Assembly: GCA_947165025.1 (NCBI GenBank)
Contig: CAMUYQ010000003.1
Location: forward strand, 54,747 to 118,746
Direction of reading: 5' to 3'
DNA length: 64,000 bases
From: an uncultured Lachnospiraceae bacterium
GTDB lineage: Bacteria; Bacillota; Clostridia; Lachnospirales; Lachnospiraceae
The notes under the pieces are model-generated. The model searched no databases and had not been told where the DNA came from. It saw only the letters and a program-made list of their open reading frames with translations. The translations under genes and the position numbers were made by a program. This document shows, one piece after another, positions 9,361 to 16,683 of this stretch (position 1 is the first letter of the stretch; each line of letters starts with the position of its first letter).

Positions 9361-9429
9361 TGCAATTCACGTCGAAAAAAGTGCATTTCAAGTAATGTGG
9401 GTTTATTTGATGCTGTCCTATTACGATAG
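9361..9429 (+). promoter_or_regulatory. Class-1 LytTR-type operator, copy 3, plus TACGATAG box
   Basis: TGCAATTCACG (9361-9371) and TGCATTTCAAG (9382-9392), 21 bp apart; CGATA at 9424, 42 bp after the proximal repeat. Confidence 0.55.
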
Positions 9430-9574
9430 AACGATTAGATACAGCATCAAATGTGTCAAGTTCGCAGAACTTGACATGTAGCGTCGGCTCTTCGACGAAG
9501 TCGAATCAGGATGAGCCGACGTTCTCGGGTTGCAAGGAAACGGATTTCATAAGAAGAACAGGAGGTTCAGGAAG
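9406..9574 (+). promoter_or_regulatory. Inverted repeat around the putative -10, plus a multi-hairpin GGA-rich 5' leader for the first cluster gene
   Basis: 11-bp inverted repeat TTTGATGCTGT/ACAGCATCAAA (9406-9416 / 9441-9451). Hairpin 9454-9476 (10 bp). Nested hairpin 9482-9521 with unpaired TCAGGAT. Further GGA motifs run up to the SD AGGAGG. Confidence 0.5.
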
Positions 9575-10351
9575 ATGTCAACAATAAGACAAACAGCAGG
9601 CAGTAATTATTTTGATGAGACCTATGGCGGAGGTAGTTCAGGCTATTCCAATGATTTTCTGTCAGGGTTAAGTGTAAATACCAACAGTAATGGCGGCGGT
9701 TCATTCGATCTGGCGGATTATGCCATGATCAAGAACGGATCATACGGCAAGCTTATGAAGGCGTACTACGGACAGGAAAAAGCACAGAAGGCCGTAGAAT
9801 CCAAGGAGAGCACTTCCAAGCTTACACAGATGGCCGGTAATGCCGGAGGAATGGCAAATGCAGCAAAAGCCCTGATGGATGATTCATTATGGCAGAAGAA
9901 GACCATAACGGAGAAGGACGAAAAGACCGGAGAGGAAACGACTAAAGAAGATTATGACTGGAAGGCCATCACAAAGGCTGTTAAGGGATTCATCGAAAAC
10001 TATAACAACACAGTGGCTGGTGCAGGTGAATCCGATACAAAGGGTGTGTTGAGGAATGCTTCCTTCATGGTCAAGACAACGGCGGCATACAAGAAAACAC
10101 TTGAAAAGGCCGGCATCACGATCACAAGCGGAAATAAGCTCGAACTTAACGAGGAAGACCTTAAGAATGCGGACATTTCAACGCTTAAGACACTGTTTAC
10201 GGGTTACAACTCTTTTGCCGACAAGATGGCGACAAAGGGTAACACGATAGCAAACGAAGCTGCAAGTGCCGGCGGAACATATACGAGCAATGGAACGTAT
10301 TCCAAAGCACTGTCACAGATAGTATCGACCAAGATCGATACCAAAGAATAA
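9575..10351 (+). CDS. Short FliD (flagellar cap, HAP2)-like protein
   Basis: Start at ATG 9575 behind SD AGGAGG (the track ORF starts at an upstream TTG). By eye, FIENYNNTV, SLWQKK, GVLRNAS and LEKAGITITSGNKLELNEEDLKNADISTLKTLFTG resemble the Firmicute FliD motifs FVDxYN, LWEEKAK, GLLRND and GITT...GKLxxDExKL...LF. No signal peptide. Confidence 0.45.
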   Translation: MSTIRQTAGSNYFDETYGGGSSGYSNDFLSGLSVNTNSNGGGSFDLADYAMIKNGSYGKLMKAYYGQEKAQKAVESKESTSKLTQMAGNAGGMANAAKALMDDSLWQKKTITEKDEKTGEETTKEDYDWKAITKAVKGFIENYNNTVAGAGESDTKGVLRNASFMVKTTAAYKKTLEKAGITITSGNKLELNEEDLKNADISTLKTLFTGYNSFADKMATKGNTIANEAASAGGTYTSNGTYSKALSQIVSTKIDTKE

Positions 10352-10396
10352 CAAGGATGTTAACGATAATCACGGAAGATTAAGGAGGATTAGACC

Positions 10397-11044
10397 ATGT
10401 CAATGAATGTAGGAACAGATTATACGAATTACAAAACCGGATACACTAACACAGAAAATCAGAAAAAGGATGTCGATATTTCCGAAAAGACTGCAGATCA
10501 GGGCAAGACTGCGTATGTCAAGGAAGGTGTTGTTTATGATAAGTCCGGAGAAAAAGTAGACAACTCAACATATTCGATCAATAAGATGAGCGCAACTGAC
10601 AGGGCTGCGATCGTCGATCAGCTGAAGGAAGATGCAAGGCAGAGGGAACAGCAGCTTGTAAGCATCGTGCACAGAACAATAGCTGATCAGGCCGGAGCAT
10701 ATGGAAAAGCTACCGGAAATGATATCTGGACACTCCTTTCTGGCGGAAAGGTTACTGTAACTGCAGCCGAAAAGGCACAGGCACAGAGAGATATCAGTGA
10801 AGACGGGTATTACGGTGTTAAGCAGACATCCCAGAGATTGTTTGACTTTGCCTGTGCGCTTGCCGGGGATGACGTGGATAAGATGAAAGAAATGCAGAAG
10901 GCCATGGAGAAGGGTTTCAAGCTTGCTACAAAATCATGGGGTAAGGAACTTCCGGGCATATGCGGAGAAACATTTGATGCGGCTAACAAACTGTTTGAGG
11001 AATATTACAGGTCAAAAGATCCTGGAGCAGCATTGTCAGAATAG
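10397..11044 (+). CDS. Hypothetical protein (cluster gene 2)
   Basis: SD AAGGAGGA 6 nt upstream; conserved-looking C-terminal helical segment GYYGVKQTSQRLFDFACALAGDD...EKGFKLATKSWGKELPGI; no TM helix or signal peptide. Confidence 0.7.
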   Translation: MSMNVGTDYTNYKTGYTNTENQKKDVDISEKTADQGKTAYVKEGVVYDKSGEKVDNSTYSINKMSATDRAAIVDQLKEDARQREQQLVSIVHRTIADQAGAYGKATGNDIWTLLSGGKVTVTAAEKAQAQRDISEDGYYGVKQTSQRLFDFACALAGDDVDKMKEMQKAMEKGFKLATKSWGKELPGICGETFDAANKLFEEYYRSKDPGAALSE

Positions 11045-11148
11045 GTGGCGTAAAGTTTTCATAGAAAACTTTGCGGCACGTTGGCCACGACTTCCACGCA
11101 GTGGAATTGTTATGTCGTGGCTCTCAAGAGTAGGAGAGGACTAAAGCC

Positions 11149-11736
11149 ATGAACATAACCATGAAAGGTGCCGGCCTTCTCGGAATGGGTAATCCCGGTC
11201 TTAAAAGTACACAGGACCGTCTGGACAGAATGGTCAAAAGGGATAATAAAATAGCGTTCTTTGAGCAGCAGAAAGAGAATCTGAAGACTATGAAGACGGA
11301 TTCGCTTGAAGATATCTCAAGAAAACTGGAAATGCTTCATGGTTATGATGATCAGATCGCGCTTGCAAAGGTTGAGTTCAATAACAGTCAGGTTTTCCAT
11401 ATGCTTGATGAAGCAAGGGAACTTGGCGAGAAGATTGCTGAAGCAGCCGAGAAGAATGCTCCTAAGACTCCAGAAGAAAGACGCGAGGATATGATCGAGG
11501 AGGTTACAGGAGTAGATATGGACGGTGGAATACTTGGAGAAGTGATGGACGAACTCGAGGATATCACGGAAGAGATGACGGAGAAAGCCGCGGAAGAGCT
11601 TGAAGAAATGACAGAGGAGACTCTTTCGGAGCAGGATCTGAAACAGGCATTGTATCAGGAACCTTTAAGCACTGAGGATCCTGTGGAAGATGATCTGTTG
11701 CAGGATAAGTATAAACGGATCGATTACCGGGTATAG
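11149..11736 (+). CDS. Hypothetical acidic coiled-coil-like protein (cluster gene 3)
   Basis: Complete ORF with SD GGAGAGGA; E/D-rich C-terminal half; structured upstream intergenic region (hairpins within 11050-11130). Confidence 0.65.
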   Translation: MNITMKGAGLLGMGNPGLKSTQDRLDRMVKRDNKIAFFEQQKENLKTMKTDSLEDISRKLEMLHGYDDQIALAKVEFNNSQVFHMLDEARELGEKIAEAAEKNAPKTPEERREDMIEEVTGVDMDGGILGEVMDELEDITEEMTEKAAEELEEMTEETLSEQDLKQALYQEPLSTEDPVEDDLLQDKYKRIDYRV

Positions 11737-11778
11737 GAAACGGATTTCCTATCATAATAGTCAAAGGAGGACGAAATC

Positions 11779-12327
11779 ATGGCATTATCAGGTATCATGA
11801 CAACATCGCTGTTGTCGGCAAATAATTCAATGAAGATCGCAAGAGTACAACAGGGCGCCAAGAACCAGATGGACGGACACGCCGGTGTGCTTGATGCAGA
11901 GATAAAGCTAGACAGCGCCCGGGGCGGGGATGTTAAGAAAAAACAGGAAGAGCTTGAGGAGACAAAGAAAAAGGCTTCCGAACTTGAAGAATCCACTATG
12001 AATACGCTTTCGGCTACATCCGATGATCTGAAGAAGGCGGCTAAAGACGATCTTGAAGCCAGAAGGGCAGAGAAGGCTGAAGAGAAGAAGAAAGCCGAAA
12101 AAGCAGCAGAGAAAAAGAGGGTGGAGAAGAAGGCTACCGAAGAGAGGATCGAGAAGATCGGAGAAGCAGCAACATCTGAAACCGCAGAGATATCTGATGG
12201 TGATCATAGTGTATCGGTAGAGGGAACATTGTTTGAAGGCGCCACGATCAATGTCGTTGTTGACGGTGTAACTCCAAGCACAGGCGCAACCGGAACAATA
12301 GGCGTATCGATGGACGAAAAAGCCTGA
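11779..12327 (+). CDS. Hypothetical K/E-rich protein with weak flagellin-N-terminus-like start (cluster gene 4)
   Basis: SD AAGGAGGA. N-terminus SLLSANNSMKIARVQQG...DGHAGVLDAEIK loosely recalls flagellin LSANN...DDAAGLAISEKM; the rest is K/E-rich low complexity. Confidence 0.6.
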   Translation: MALSGIMTTSLLSANNSMKIARVQQGAKNQMDGHAGVLDAEIKLDSARGGDVKKKQEELEETKKKASELEESTMNTLSATSDDLKKAAKDDLEARRAEKAEEKKKAEKAAEKKRVEKKATEERIEKIGEAATSETAEISDGDHSVSVEGTLFEGATINVVVDGVTPSTGATGTIGVSMDEKA

Positions 12328-12341
12328 CAGAGGGTTATAAT

Positions 12342-12923
12342 ATGAAAATCACGGGATCATACAATCAATATGAGCTGAATAATATGGAATCAACAGGCAG
12401 TAAGCCCAAGGCAGAAAAGGAATACGCCAACTATCTGATGAAGAAGTATCCGTGCCTGTCTCCAGGAAAGAATTCTGTTGTATCTGTAACAAGTGGATTA
12501 TTGCGTAAAGCCATGTCCGATGAGAAGACCGGTGAGTGGCTTGAGAGAGAATTATCAAAGGCTCCCGATTATATCAAACAGGCTCAACAGTCTGCGATTG
12601 CCCATGGTTCAACCCTGAAGTTCTGTTCTATAGAGTTCGGAGAGGAGTATTCCACGATGTGTACGCTTACTGTAACAGACGGCGGAGGAACTGATCCGGA
12701 CATTGATGAATGGCTTGAGAAGGTTAAGAAGGAAAGGGCTGAGCGAAAAGCCGAGGAAAAGAAACAGGAAGAAGAACGCGCAGAGGTTCGCCGACAGGAA
12801 ACAGAAACATATAAGATGGAACTAAAGGGCAGGGATCTTGAAGATCTGACAAGACAGTTCGCCATGAATCTGACAACACAAGCCTCAACGCTTTCGAACG
12901 GTTCAATTGATATAAAAGCGTGA
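12342..12923 (+). CDS. Hypothetical protein, member of an in-cluster paralogue family (cluster gene 5)
   Basis: Shares the pattern VS[VIL][ST]xxG...M..D.....W ... [IF]xFGE with the products of 16684-17607 and 17619-18254. Confidence 0.65.
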   Translation: MKITGSYNQYELNNMESTGSKPKAEKEYANYLMKKYPCLSPGKNSVVSVTSGLLRKAMSDEKTGEWLERELSKAPDYIKQAQQSAIAHGSTLKFCSIEFGEEYSTMCTLTVTDGGGTDPDIDEWLEKVKKERAERKAEEKKQEEERAEVRRQETETYKMELKGRDLEDLTRQFAMNLTTQASTLSNGSIDIKA

Positions 12924-12934
12924 TCATTTCAATG

Positions 12935-13035
12935 TAAACAATTATCTTCAAAATGCCGATATATATTTAAGATAAGTGATAATGTCGCCTGATCAGAAAA
13001 GGAGTTCGGATCAGTATTGTCAAGGAGGATGACAC
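12935..13035 (+). promoter_or_regulatory. Sigma-D/sigma-28-type promoter plus hag-like leader (GGA hairpin + GGA-containing SD)
   Basis: TAAA (12935-12938), 16-nt spacer, GCCGATAT (12955-12962). Hairpin 12989-13014 presents AAGGAG in its loop. SD AAGGAGGA at 13023-13030. Confidence 0.6.
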
Positions 13036-13689
13036 ATGAGCGGGATAAATGCGGTTAATAACGGTAAATCCGGTGAATTTCTACAGGGAATTCAGACGAC
13101 AATAAAGGAAAAACTGAATAATGCTATTGAAGAAGGAGCATTCTCCAACGCATTTGATGAAGGAGTAGCTGCAACCCTTTCAATATCGTCATCCGGGATC
13201 GCTCAGGCTAGTCGGGCAGAAAGAGAAGATATCATTCGACAATCTATAGTCCAGCTGGATGGCGGGTATAGAAAGTTTAATCTTACAGATGAAGAAGCCT
13301 GTATTCTCAAGAGTTTCCGGTTGGAAGAATACTATGATATCCGGAATAGAATGAAGAATGAGGATATTAACGCCTATAATGATCTTTTAAAGTCTGAAGA
13401 GATCGCCGACAAGAACTCCGACCCGAGCGCAAAGTTTAAAGTATATTCAAAAGCATATAACTGGGCTTACGGGGACGTTTTTGACAGAATCCATAAGGAA
13501 AATCCGGAAGTTGATATTTATGTAAGATCACCGGGGACGGAGGAAAATCATAACTATCAAATGAGAAATAACAGAACCTCACTTATTATTTCCACGGATG
13601 AAATAAAACTCCTTCAGTCAAGAAATAACAACGATAAGAAAGCACAGGAAGAACTGTGGAATAGGATCCTGGAAAAGATCCGATCATGA
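13036..13689 (+). CDS. Hypothetical protein (cluster gene 6)
   Basis: Complete 217-aa ORF with a strong SD; no recognisable motif. Confidence 0.65.
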   Translation: MSGINAVNNGKSGEFLQGIQTTIKEKLNNAIEEGAFSNAFDEGVAATLSISSSGIAQASRAEREDIIRQSIVQLDGGYRKFNLTDEEACILKSFRLEEYYDIRNRMKNEDINAYNDLLKSEEIADKNSDPSAKFKVYSKAYNWAYGDVFDRIHKENPEVDIYVRSPGTEENHNYQMRNNRTSLIISTDEIKLLQSRNNNDKKAQEELWNRILEKIRS

Positions 13690-13707
13690 GTTTGATGAAA
13701 TGACAAG

Positions 13708-13787
13708 TCGGGATATATTAAAGGAAAGCATTAATATCGCTTGATCCGAAAAGGAGTTCGGATTCATATGATCAAGGAGGATATCAC
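13708..13787 (+). promoter_or_regulatory. Second copy of the hag-like leader (GGA hexaloop hairpin + SD)
   Basis: Hairpin ATCCGAA-AAGGAG-TTCGGAT (13744-13763). SD AAGGAGGA at 13774-13781. A degenerate TCGGGATAT box at 13708 has no convincing -35. Confidence 0.5.
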
Positions 13788-14756
13788 ATGAAGGTCAATA
13801 ACACATCCTTTTTTATGAATGATGGCGTATTTGGAACATCGAATACATCGGAGCGTTCAAACAATAATCCATCCAAATCATCCGGAATATCGATAAACGG
13901 CAGTTCTTTTGCCATGCAGAATGATCCCATTGCGGCCAAGCGGGAGGAAGCCCGTAAGAAAGCAATGAAGGTCATCGGGGATGCGTTTGCTAATGACCGG
14001 AAGATTGATGAAGACCTTGATGCAAGAAGCGAGCATATCCGAAAGCTGAAAACTGTTCAGAATGACGCAAATAAAGTGATCAACGAAATAGAATCAGACC
14101 GTGCTGCTCTTCGAGATGAGTATGGTATTGATACGGACAGTCAGGAAGAGAAAGATCTCCAGCTTCTTGAGAAGGAATTCAGGGCACGCCAAAAAGGTTC
14201 TGATGTTCAACTTACAAAGGAGGATATGGAGGAGATCGCTAAGATTAAGGCAAAGGGCCTTACGGAATATCAGAGCAGGTCGATGGAAATGCTTGATTAT
14301 GAGAAACCATATCTTGATGCAGCATATGAGGCTAAAGCCGGTATAGAAGAGGAAAATCTAACCATTGCAGCAATAAAGCGTGAACTTCCGAAGAATGACG
14401 CAATGTTGAAAGCCCAGGATAAAGCCGATGCCATAGAAGATGCTGCATCAAAAGAGATCATGGGGATGCTTGTCGATGAAGCGAAGGAACAAATCGACGA
14501 AGAGGCAAAGGAGGCCGAAGAAAAGGCCAAGGAGAAACAGGAGAAGGAAGAAGAACTCCAGGAGAAGATCGATGCCGCAAGGGAAAGACGTAAGGAAGAG
14601 GAAGAACTCACTGAAGACATCGTGGAATCTGCCCAGGATCTTAATGTTACAACAGCTAACATAAATGATGCACAGAAGGACATTAAGGATATGATGAACA
14701 AACTGGCACTCGTAGAAGAAGATATGAAGGGTGCCGCTGTGGATCAAAAATCATAA
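13788..14756 (+). CDS. Hypothetical coiled-coil-like protein (cluster gene 7)
   Basis: S/N-rich N-terminus, then a long K/E/D-rich helical-looking region; 322 aa. Confidence 0.65.
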   Translation: MKVNNTSFFMNDGVFGTSNTSERSNNNPSKSSGISINGSSFAMQNDPIAAKREEARKKAMKVIGDAFANDRKIDEDLDARSEHIRKLKTVQNDANKVINEIESDRAALRDEYGIDTDSQEEKDLQLLEKEFRARQKGSDVQLTKEDMEEIAKIKAKGLTEYQSRSMEMLDYEKPYLDAAYEAKAGIEEENLTIAAIKRELPKNDAMLKAQDKADAIEDAASKEIMGMLVDEAKEQIDEEAKEAEEKAKEKQEKEEELQEKIDAARERRKEEEELTEDIVESAQDLNVTTANINDAQKDIKDMMNKLALVEEDMKGAAVDQKS

Positions 14757-14793
14757 AGCATATTGATTGGTACTACCATTCAATATAGATCGG

Positions 14794-14824
14794 TCGGGTC
14801 ACGGAAAACGTGGCCCGATTTTTT
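14794..14824 (+). terminator. Intrinsic terminator ending the first transcription block of the cluster
   Basis: 10-bp stem TCGGGTCACG/CGTGGCCCGA (one G-U pair), loop GAAAA, followed by TTTTTT. Confidence 0.7.
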
Positions 14825-14829
14825 GTTTA

Positions 14830-15010
14830 TAGTCGTTTTATGTCATATGATAGTCGATTTTTGAAATATATATAAATATGGGATTAAATTGGTCGATAGA
14901 TATTTCAGATGATTTATTTCTATAAGTGTATAAAGAATTTGCTAAGGAAAGCACCCCAGAGGATCCATGGAGAGGATCGTAATTATAATGAGGTGCTTTT
15001 ACTTTTTTAA
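14830..15010 (+). promoter_or_regulatory. Regulatory cassette: class-2 LytTR-type operator + TAAA-N15-GTCGATAG promoter + GGA leader with terminator-like hairpin
   Basis: TAGTCGTTTTA (14830) and TAGTCGATTT (14851), 21 bp apart. TAAA at 14873-14876 and GTCGATAG at 14892-14899. GCTAAGGAAAGC at 14941. Hairpin AAAGCACC/GGTGCTTT (14948-14999) followed by a T-run. Confidence 0.55.
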
Positions 15011-15056
15011 CAGGGGGAGTAGTAAGCCGGCAAGGGGAAACCGGAAGAAAAAACTT

Positions 15057-15764
15057 ATGAAAATTTGGATCTGTGACGGAGAGAAAAGTGATATTGATGA
15101 GTTGAAGAGCCTTATCGATTGTTACAAAAAGAAAAAAGATATAGGGAATGTTGAAGTAAGAGTGTTTGGTGATGCTGCTGAACTTATACAGGAAATGATT
15201 GACGGTGATGCTGCAGATATTATTATTTTAGATGCAATGATAGCGGAAAATGGAACTGAGGATCTTCTTAAAAAAATACGAACTAGGAATTCAGATTCAA
15301 AAGTCATTCTGCTTATTTCGGAAATGAGACATGTACTTGACGGATATCAGATGAAAACAGATTGGATTCTTTTGAAAGAAAACCCCTCTGACAGATTTTT
15401 TGAATGTATGGATAGGCTGTGTTCAGACATCCGGGAGAAACGAAAAATCCTTTCCTTGTCGTGTGTAGAGGGAGATTATGTTTTCAGCCGATCGAAAATA
15501 CTGTTTATAGAGAGTGAAGGTCATCGCTGTACAATTCATGAATTGAATGGAGATTATCACATATACCGTCGCCTGGATGAACTCGAAGAGAGAATAGATT
15601 CGCCGTATTTTATACGAATTCATCAAAGCTATCTAGTCAATGTCAAATACATACAACGTATAAGCAATTACGAACTAACAATGGCAGACGGTTGTATCTT
15701 GCCAGTATCTAAGGCGAGATATAAACAGGTTCAGCGTGAATACGCAGAAAATAAAATGAATTGA
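15057..15764 (+). CDS. Orphan LytTR-family regulator with a divergent receiver-like N-terminal domain
   Basis: C-terminal LytTR signature FIRIHQSYLVNVKYI. The N-terminal REC-like fold has ICDGE in place of the DD/DE pocket, and IIILDAMI. Start moved to ATG 15057 because the track start 14967 lies inside the leader hairpin. Confidence 0.75.
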   Translation: MKIWICDGEKSDIDELKSLIDCYKKKKDIGNVEVRVFGDAAELIQEMIDGDAADIIILDAMIAENGTEDLLKKIRTRNSDSKVILLISEMRHVLDGYQMKTDWILLKENPSDRFFECMDRLCSDIREKRKILSLSCVEGDYVFSRSKILFIESEGHRCTIHELNGDYHIYRRLDELEERIDSPYFIRIHQSYLVNVKYIQRISNYELTMADGCILPVSKARYKQVQREYAENKMN

Positions 15765-15766
15765 TA

Positions 15767-15910
15767 TAGTCGTTTTATGCATTATATGATCGATTCAGGA
15801 CATTCCTATAATATGAATTGCGAAATGTGCCGATAACTATATCAGATAATTGTATAAGCTAAGGATAGCAGCTGTGGTCAAAGGAATGAACTTTGATGAC
15901 AGTCTTTTTT
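15767..15910 (+). promoter_or_regulatory. Regulatory cassette, copy 2 (class-2 operator, GCCGATAA box, GGA leader, terminator-like hairpin)
   Basis: TAGTCGTTTTA at 15767 and TGATCGATTCA at 15787. GCCGATAA at 15829-15836. GCTA-AGGA-TAGC at 15858-15869. Hairpin 15872-15902 with GGA at its apex, then TCTTTTTT. Confidence 0.55.
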
Positions 15911-15926
15911 ATAAGTGGGGGGTAGT

Positions 15927-16502
15927 ATGAACATTTTTTTTGAGAAACCTGAAGAACAGAAGATAACCAGCCAAAGGGAGCTGGTGGAGCATTTACTCAA
16001 TAATTCCGGTGATGTTGATGAGATGTCGGAGGAAAATCGCAGAGAGATGGACGCCCGGATAATGGCAAAGCTTAAATCCGGAAAAAAGCTTTCGCAAAAG
16101 GAACTGGATTATCTTAGGAGAACAAACCCCATACTTTATGCTCAGGCAATGAGAGTACAGAGAATGGCGGAGGCGCTCGAAGAACAGCTTAAGCATGCGA
16201 GAAGCAAGGAGGAAGTTAACCAGATCTTTACTACTGCGTTGTCCGGTATATCCAAGAATGATCCTGACCGTGAATACCTTGTGGCTTCTTTCAATCGTAT
16301 TTCTACAGAGTTTCGCAAATCTAAAATGTATAATAAGCTGCTGACCACCACTGAGGAAGCAAGGAAGAAAAAGAAACAGGTAGATCCGGATAAGGATCTG
16401 TTTAAGGAAGATAATGATGACAAAGACGGGTTTGATCTGAGCAGTTGGAGTCCTTTACGTGAGTTGTATGAACAGATGCCATCTTTTGTGGCCGGAGCGT
16501 GA
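15927..16502 (+). CDS. Hypothetical helical protein (cluster gene 9)
   Basis: ATG 15927 behind a GGGGGG SD (the track ORF starts at an upstream GTG inside the SD); K/E-rich, no motif recognised. Confidence 0.65.
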   Translation: MNIFFEKPEEQKITSQRELVEHLLNNSGDVDEMSEENRREMDARIMAKLKSGKKLSQKELDYLRRTNPILYAQAMRVQRMAEALEEQLKHARSKEEVNQIFTTALSGISKNDPDREYLVASFNRISTEFRKSKMYNKLLTTTEEARKKKKQVDPDKDLFKEDNDDKDGFDLSSWSPLRELYEQMPSFVAGA

Positions 16503-16518
16503 CGATTCTTTGCTATTC

Positions 16519-16660
16519 TTGATGATTTATATGGACGATAGTCGTTTCATGGCATTTATATAATACAGACTTATAACATGTCGATAATAGTATCAGACAA
16601 CTGAATAAGCAAGGGATTGCGGCTGTGTTCAAAGGATTGAATTTTGGAGACAGTTTTTTT
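16519..16660 (+). promoter_or_regulatory. Regulatory cassette, copy 3
   Basis: Half-sites TTGATGATTTA (16519, degenerate) and TAGTCGTTTCA (16539). GTCGATAA at 16580-16587. GCAA-GGGA-TTGC at 16609-16620, which covaries with GCTA...TAGC. Hairpin 16623-16653 followed by TTTTTTT. Confidence 0.55.
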
Positions 16661-16683
16661 ATACGAAATAAGGGGGATTAAGT

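Noticed and set aside
9338-9481. 47-aa ORF (MKWFFRVGAIHVEKSAFQ...) between the two class-1 operators, considered as an autoinducing-peptide precursor
   Set aside because: It has no Shine-Dalgarno and overlaps operator copy 3 and the promoter inverted repeat. It also lacks the amphipathic-leader, Cys-core and acidic-tail layout of AgrD-type peptides. I cannot exclude it without expression data.
9406-9574. c-di-GMP riboswitch (as controls flagellar operons in some Clostridia) in the structured cluster leader
   Set aside because: I could not find the conserved GEMM-I or GEMM-II core sequences or the characteristic tetraloop-receptor arrangement. The hairpins here are simple perfect stems. A covariance-model scan would settle it.
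12584-12865. Multiple overlapping alternative-frame ORFs within the K/E-rich cluster genes (e.g. 11908-12207, 12584-12865, 14440-14664)
   Set aside because: These are low-complexity translations of the same repetitive GAA/AAG-rich DNA in other frames or on the other strand. They have no independent start signals.
14967-15056. N-terminal 30-codon extension of the orphan LytTR gene given in the ORF track
   Set aside because: The ATG at 14967 lies inside the leader hairpin (14948-14999), upstream of the T-run. The receiver-type start MKIWICDGE at 15057 matches the start of the other regulator (MKIAICDDE).
15872-15910. Interpreting the hairpin+T-run modules simply as terminators of the preceding genes
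   Set aside because: In each cassette the hairpin lies downstream of the operator repeats and the CGATA box, and only ~10-25 nt before the next SD. That leaves no room for a separate promoter after it. Dual use as a leaky terminator for upstream read-through remains possible.
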